Virus record (IMG/VR): IMGVR_UViG_3300025676_000043
Span: 1 to 37,528 of that record
Source: a virus
Lineage: Duplodnaviria > Caudoviricetes
DNA length: 37,528 bases
Direction: 5' to 3' (one strand)
In this document: piece after piece, positions 34,761 through 37,528 of the stretch
Position numbering within the stretch: position 1 is the stretch's first letter
Layout of the letters: each line of letters starts with the position of its first letter
The notes under the pieces: model-generated
Database searches by the model: none
What the model was told of the DNA's origin: nothing
What the model saw: only the letters and a program-made list of their open reading frames with translations
Position numbers and translations under genes: made by a program

Positions 34761-35930
34761 ATGGCGGCTTTAACGGGCGTTACGAATACTTTTAACGCTG
34801 GTGACACGATTGTCGCTAGCGAAGTGAATGTTAATTTTCAGGATGTTGTTGATTGGGCGAGTAGTGCTGATCCAACTTTGGGGTCGGGGGCTTCGACTGT
34901 TACCGTTGGGAACAACTTGGTTGTTCCCGCTGCGACTACTACCCAGTCGTTGACGGTTGACGGTATTTCGACGTTGACGGGGGCTACTACGCACGGGTCA
35001 ACGATCACGGTTGGTTCTAGCGGTACGGGTCATGATGTTGTGTTTCATTCTGACACGGGTGGCGACAATGTTACTTGGAATTCGACTGACGCCAAGTTGG
35101 TGGTGACTGGTACGTCTGCTACGGATGCTTTGGTGGTTGCTGATGGTCGTATGCGGGTCGCTGATCGCGTGTATTGTGAGGCTTCTGATGAGGTTACTTT
35201 GGCTGGTACTACGGGGGCGCTTGTTGTTGGTGGCGATGGTACGGGTACTCATTTGGCGATGGATGCGAATGAGATTCAGGCTAAGGCTACTGATACTACG
35301 ACTGCTCCTTTGAAACTGAATCCTCACGGTGGTTGGCTGGAGATCCCAGAAATCGTTTTTTTGAAAAATAGTTCAGGCACAACAAAGGGTGCGTTGGGCA
35401 TCGGCTCATGGTGGATTGGGGTCGACGCCGCCGATGCTACTCTTTCGATGGGAAACCAGACAGGCGGGGCAACTTCGTTACGGTGGGATGACAGCGATGG
35501 GGCGTTTTACTTTAAGAACGATGGGACTGATCGTTTGTCGGTTTGGGCATCAGGTACGGTATTAAATACCTGTACTGAGGGTACAGGCGACAACATAGAA
35601 ATAAATGGCTTCGGGGTACTCGTCAAGGATTCTTCTTCGGCCCGCCTTAAAAACATCGACGAAACTATCGACATGGGCGACTACCTCAACCCTGTGATGG
35701 TTGATGCGCTCGAACCGAAGATGTGGTCATTTAAAAACGATACAAGCAACAGCCCTCATATTAGTCTTGTTTCGGAAGACGCTAACGAGGTTAGCCCCTT
35801 TCTTGTGACTAAAGATTTTGACGAGAACGGCGATCCGCGCTTGTCGGGACTTAAGGACAGGGCAATCATTTCGCTTTTGATCGTGGCATTACAGGACGCT
35901 CGTACACGCATCGCCGCTCTGGAGGCATAA
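34761..35930 (+). CDS. tail fibre/spike with C-terminal intramolecular chaperone (peptidase S74-like)
   Basis: N-terminal NTFNAGDTIVASEVNVNF; T/G-rich beta repeats; SSARLKNI...LEPKMWSFK...LIVALQDARTRIAALEA. Confidence 0.8.
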   Translation: MAALTGVTNTFNAGDTIVASEVNVNFQDVVDWASSADPTLGSGASTVTVGNNLVVPAATTTQSLTVDGISTLTGATTHGSTITVGSSGTGHDVVFHSDTGGDNVTWNSTDAKLVVTGTSATDALVVADGRMRVADRVYCEASDEVTLAGTTGALVVGGDGTGTHLAMDANEIQAKATDTTTAPLKLNPHGGWLEIPEIVFLKNSSGTTKGALGIGSWWIGVDAADATLSMGNQTGGATSLRWDDSDGAFYFKNDGTDRLSVWASGTVLNTCTEGTGDNIEINGFGVLVKDSSSARLKNIDETIDMGDYLNPVMVDALEPKMWSFKNDTSNSPHISLVSEDANEVSPFLVTKDFDENGDPRLSGLKDRAIISLLIVALQDARTRIAALEA

Positions 35931-36154
35931 TGACCCCGGAACTCGTTGGTCTAATAGGAGTACTGGGAGCCGCTTTTATAAGCGGCGTATTCGCTGTGTT
36001 GGCTAAAAAGTTCCGTGAAGAAAACACTGTACAACACGAAGCCAACCAAGTGCGACTCACCCATATAGGTAGAGAAATTGGTGAAGTAAAAGCAGATATT
36101 AAGGGTGTTAGAGGTTCCCAACAACGCCACTTAGAATGGCATGCTGAACAATGA
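35930..36154 (+). CDS. small membrane protein with coiled coil
   Basis: N-terminal TM helix LVGLIGVLGAAFISGVFAVLA; C-terminal HLEWH. Confidence 0.65.
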   Translation: MTPELVGLIGVLGAAFISGVFAVLAKKFREENTVQHEANQVRLTHIGREIGEVKADIKGVRGSQQRHLEWHAEQ

Positions 36155-37528
36155 ATATGCCTAATTTTGGGTTTAATAAGGATCTAACTCCCGCCGTCAC
36201 CGTTTCGATGACGGACGGGTTAACGTACCGCGGAACTTATTCTGCCGGAACTGCTTACGTTGCTGGGGATGTCGTCACCTACAATGGCGAATCTTTTGTC
36301 GCTCGTCAGGCAACGACTGGTAATACGCCGGGTAATACGACGTATTGGCAGACGTTGGCGGAGCAAGGTTTGTCTGGTGCTGCTGGAGCGACAGGTTCGC
36401 AAGGTATCCAAGGTATTCAAGGCATTCAGGGTGCTACTGGTTCTGCTGCAACTGTTGGGGTTGGTACCACATCGAGTGTTGTCAATAGCGGTACAGCGGC
36501 GGTCACTAATTCGGGGTCTTCTACTGCGGCTACTTTAGATTTCGTTTTGCGGGATGGGCCGACAGGTTTAACGGGTTCGCAGGGTATTCAAGGGATTCAG
36601 GGGATCCAAGGCGATACTGGGTCTACGGGTGCGGCAGCAACTATCGCTGTTGGTACCACCTCTAGCGTCGCTGACGGTGGTACCGCAACGGTTACCAATA
36701 GCGGTACTTCTGGTGCGGCTGTTTTCGATTTTGTGGTGGTTGACGGCCCAACGGGTTTAACTGGGTCAACTGGGGCGACGGGTGCTGCTGCGACGGTTGC
36801 TGTTGGGACTACTTCGAGCGTAGTTAATAGCGGTACGGCGACGGTTACCAATTCTGGTTCTTCTAGTGCGGCTACCCTTGACTTTGTGTTGCGTGACGGC
36901 CCTACGGGTATTCAAGGCATTCAGGGCATTCAGGGGATTCAGGGTATCACGGGGGATACTGGTACGGCTGGTACCGATGGCACCGATGGTGCCGCGGCGA
37001 CCATTACTGTTGGCACGGTAGGTTCTGTAGTTAATTCGGGTACTGCAACTATTGTGAATAGCGGCACCAGTGCAGCCGCTACGCTTGACTTTGTGTTGCG
37101 TGACGGCCCTACGGGCATTCAAGGTATTCAAGGTATTCAAGGTATTCAAGGCATTCAAGGTGCTACTGGGGATACTGGTGCTACTGGTTCTGGCATGAGT
37201 GCTGGTCAAGTATCGCTGTGGGCGGGTTCAACCGCCCCTACGGGATGGCTTGAATGCGACGGTACAGCGGTGTCACGAACCACTTACGCTGATTTGTTTG
37301 CTGCGGTCGGAACTCGTTATGGTGCTGGCGATGGGTCTACGACGTTTAATCTACCGAACCCTATTGACAAGTTGGCGATGGGGATCGCTTCGGCTACGTC
37401 TCCTACTGCTACTACTTTGGCTGGGGCTTCGTCTTTGGATGCGTTGGGGTTGGGCAATGAGTCTGTCGGCCATACGCACAACTTTTCGGCTAATACTGGT
37501 GCGGCTACTGCTACTCATACGCATACTG
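36151..37528 (+). CDS. collagen-like tail fibre with carbohydrate-binding-like N-terminus and tail-collar domain (runs off the window; not in ORF track)
   Basis: ATGA-coupled start; YRGTYSAGTAYVAGDVVTYNG...YWQ; (QGI)n G-X-Y runs; four ATVxVGT...DFVxxDGPTG modules; AGSTAPTGWLECDGTAVSRTTYADLFAAVGTRYGAGDGSTTFNLP collar motif. Confidence 0.88.
   Translation, partial: MNMPNFGFNKDLTPAVTVSMTDGLTYRGTYSAGTAYVAGDVVTYNGESFVARQATTGNTPGNTTYWQTLAEQGLSGAAGATGSQGIQGIQGIQGATGSAATVGVGTTSSVVNSGTAAVTNSGSSTAATLDFVLRDGPTGLTGSQGIQGIQGIQGDTGSTGAAATIAVGTTSSVADGGTATVTNSGTSGAAVFDFVVVDGPTGLTGSTGATGAAATVAVGTTSSVVNSGTATVTNSGSSSAATLDFVLRDGPTGIQGIQGIQGIQGITGDTGTAGTDGTDGAAATITVGTVGSVVNSGTATIVNSGTSAAATLDFVLRDGPTGIQGIQGIQGIQGIQGATGDTGATGSGMSAGQVSLWAGSTAPTGWLECDGTAVSRTTYADLFAAVGTRYGAGDGSTTFNLPNPIDKLAMGIASATSPTATTLAGASSLDALGLGNESVGHTHNFSANTGAATATHTHT

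Noticed and set aside
36151-37528. Diversity-generating retroelement target/template repeats in the tail fibre
   Set aside because: No reverse transcriptase in the window; repeat differences are mostly synonymous and not adenine-specific.

Overview
This window is most or all of a tailed dsDNA bacteriophage genome with podovirus-like gene order, apparently circularly permuted. The host is probably actinobacterial (inference from the r1t-type holin, the amidase with a peptidoglycan-binding domain, and the early-gene families). The + strand late arm runs 24.6-37.5 kb: terminase small subunit, a terminase large subunit split into two ORFs, portal, scaffold, capsid, tail tube/nozzle proteins and two tail fibres. 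It continues at 0-11.7 kb with a 2OG-Fe(II) oxygenase, three probable ejected internal-virion proteins (one of 2505 aa) and a lysis cassette. The - strand arm (11.7-22.6 kb) encodes a sigma-region-4-only protein, RusA, an AEP-type primase, a DnaB-like helicase, a Cas4/RecB-like exonuclease, DUF932, a GP88-like protein and many small coupled ORFs. I recognised no integrase, DNA polymerase, RNA polymerase, tRNA or CRISPR array. The most notable signals are: (1) a GGGACA motif in front of late gene blocks, paired with a stand-alone sigma4 protein; (2) the cleanly split terminase; (3) a dense control region at 22.2-22.95 kb with five 19-bp palindromes, 9-mer and 23-mer repeats and IdeR/DtxR-like boxes between divergent promoters; (4) a strand-skew switch near 24.25 kb that is independent of gene direction; (5) a compositionally distinct ~2.6 kb core inside the giant virion gene. 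All product calls come from motif recognition and gene order only; no database searches were run.
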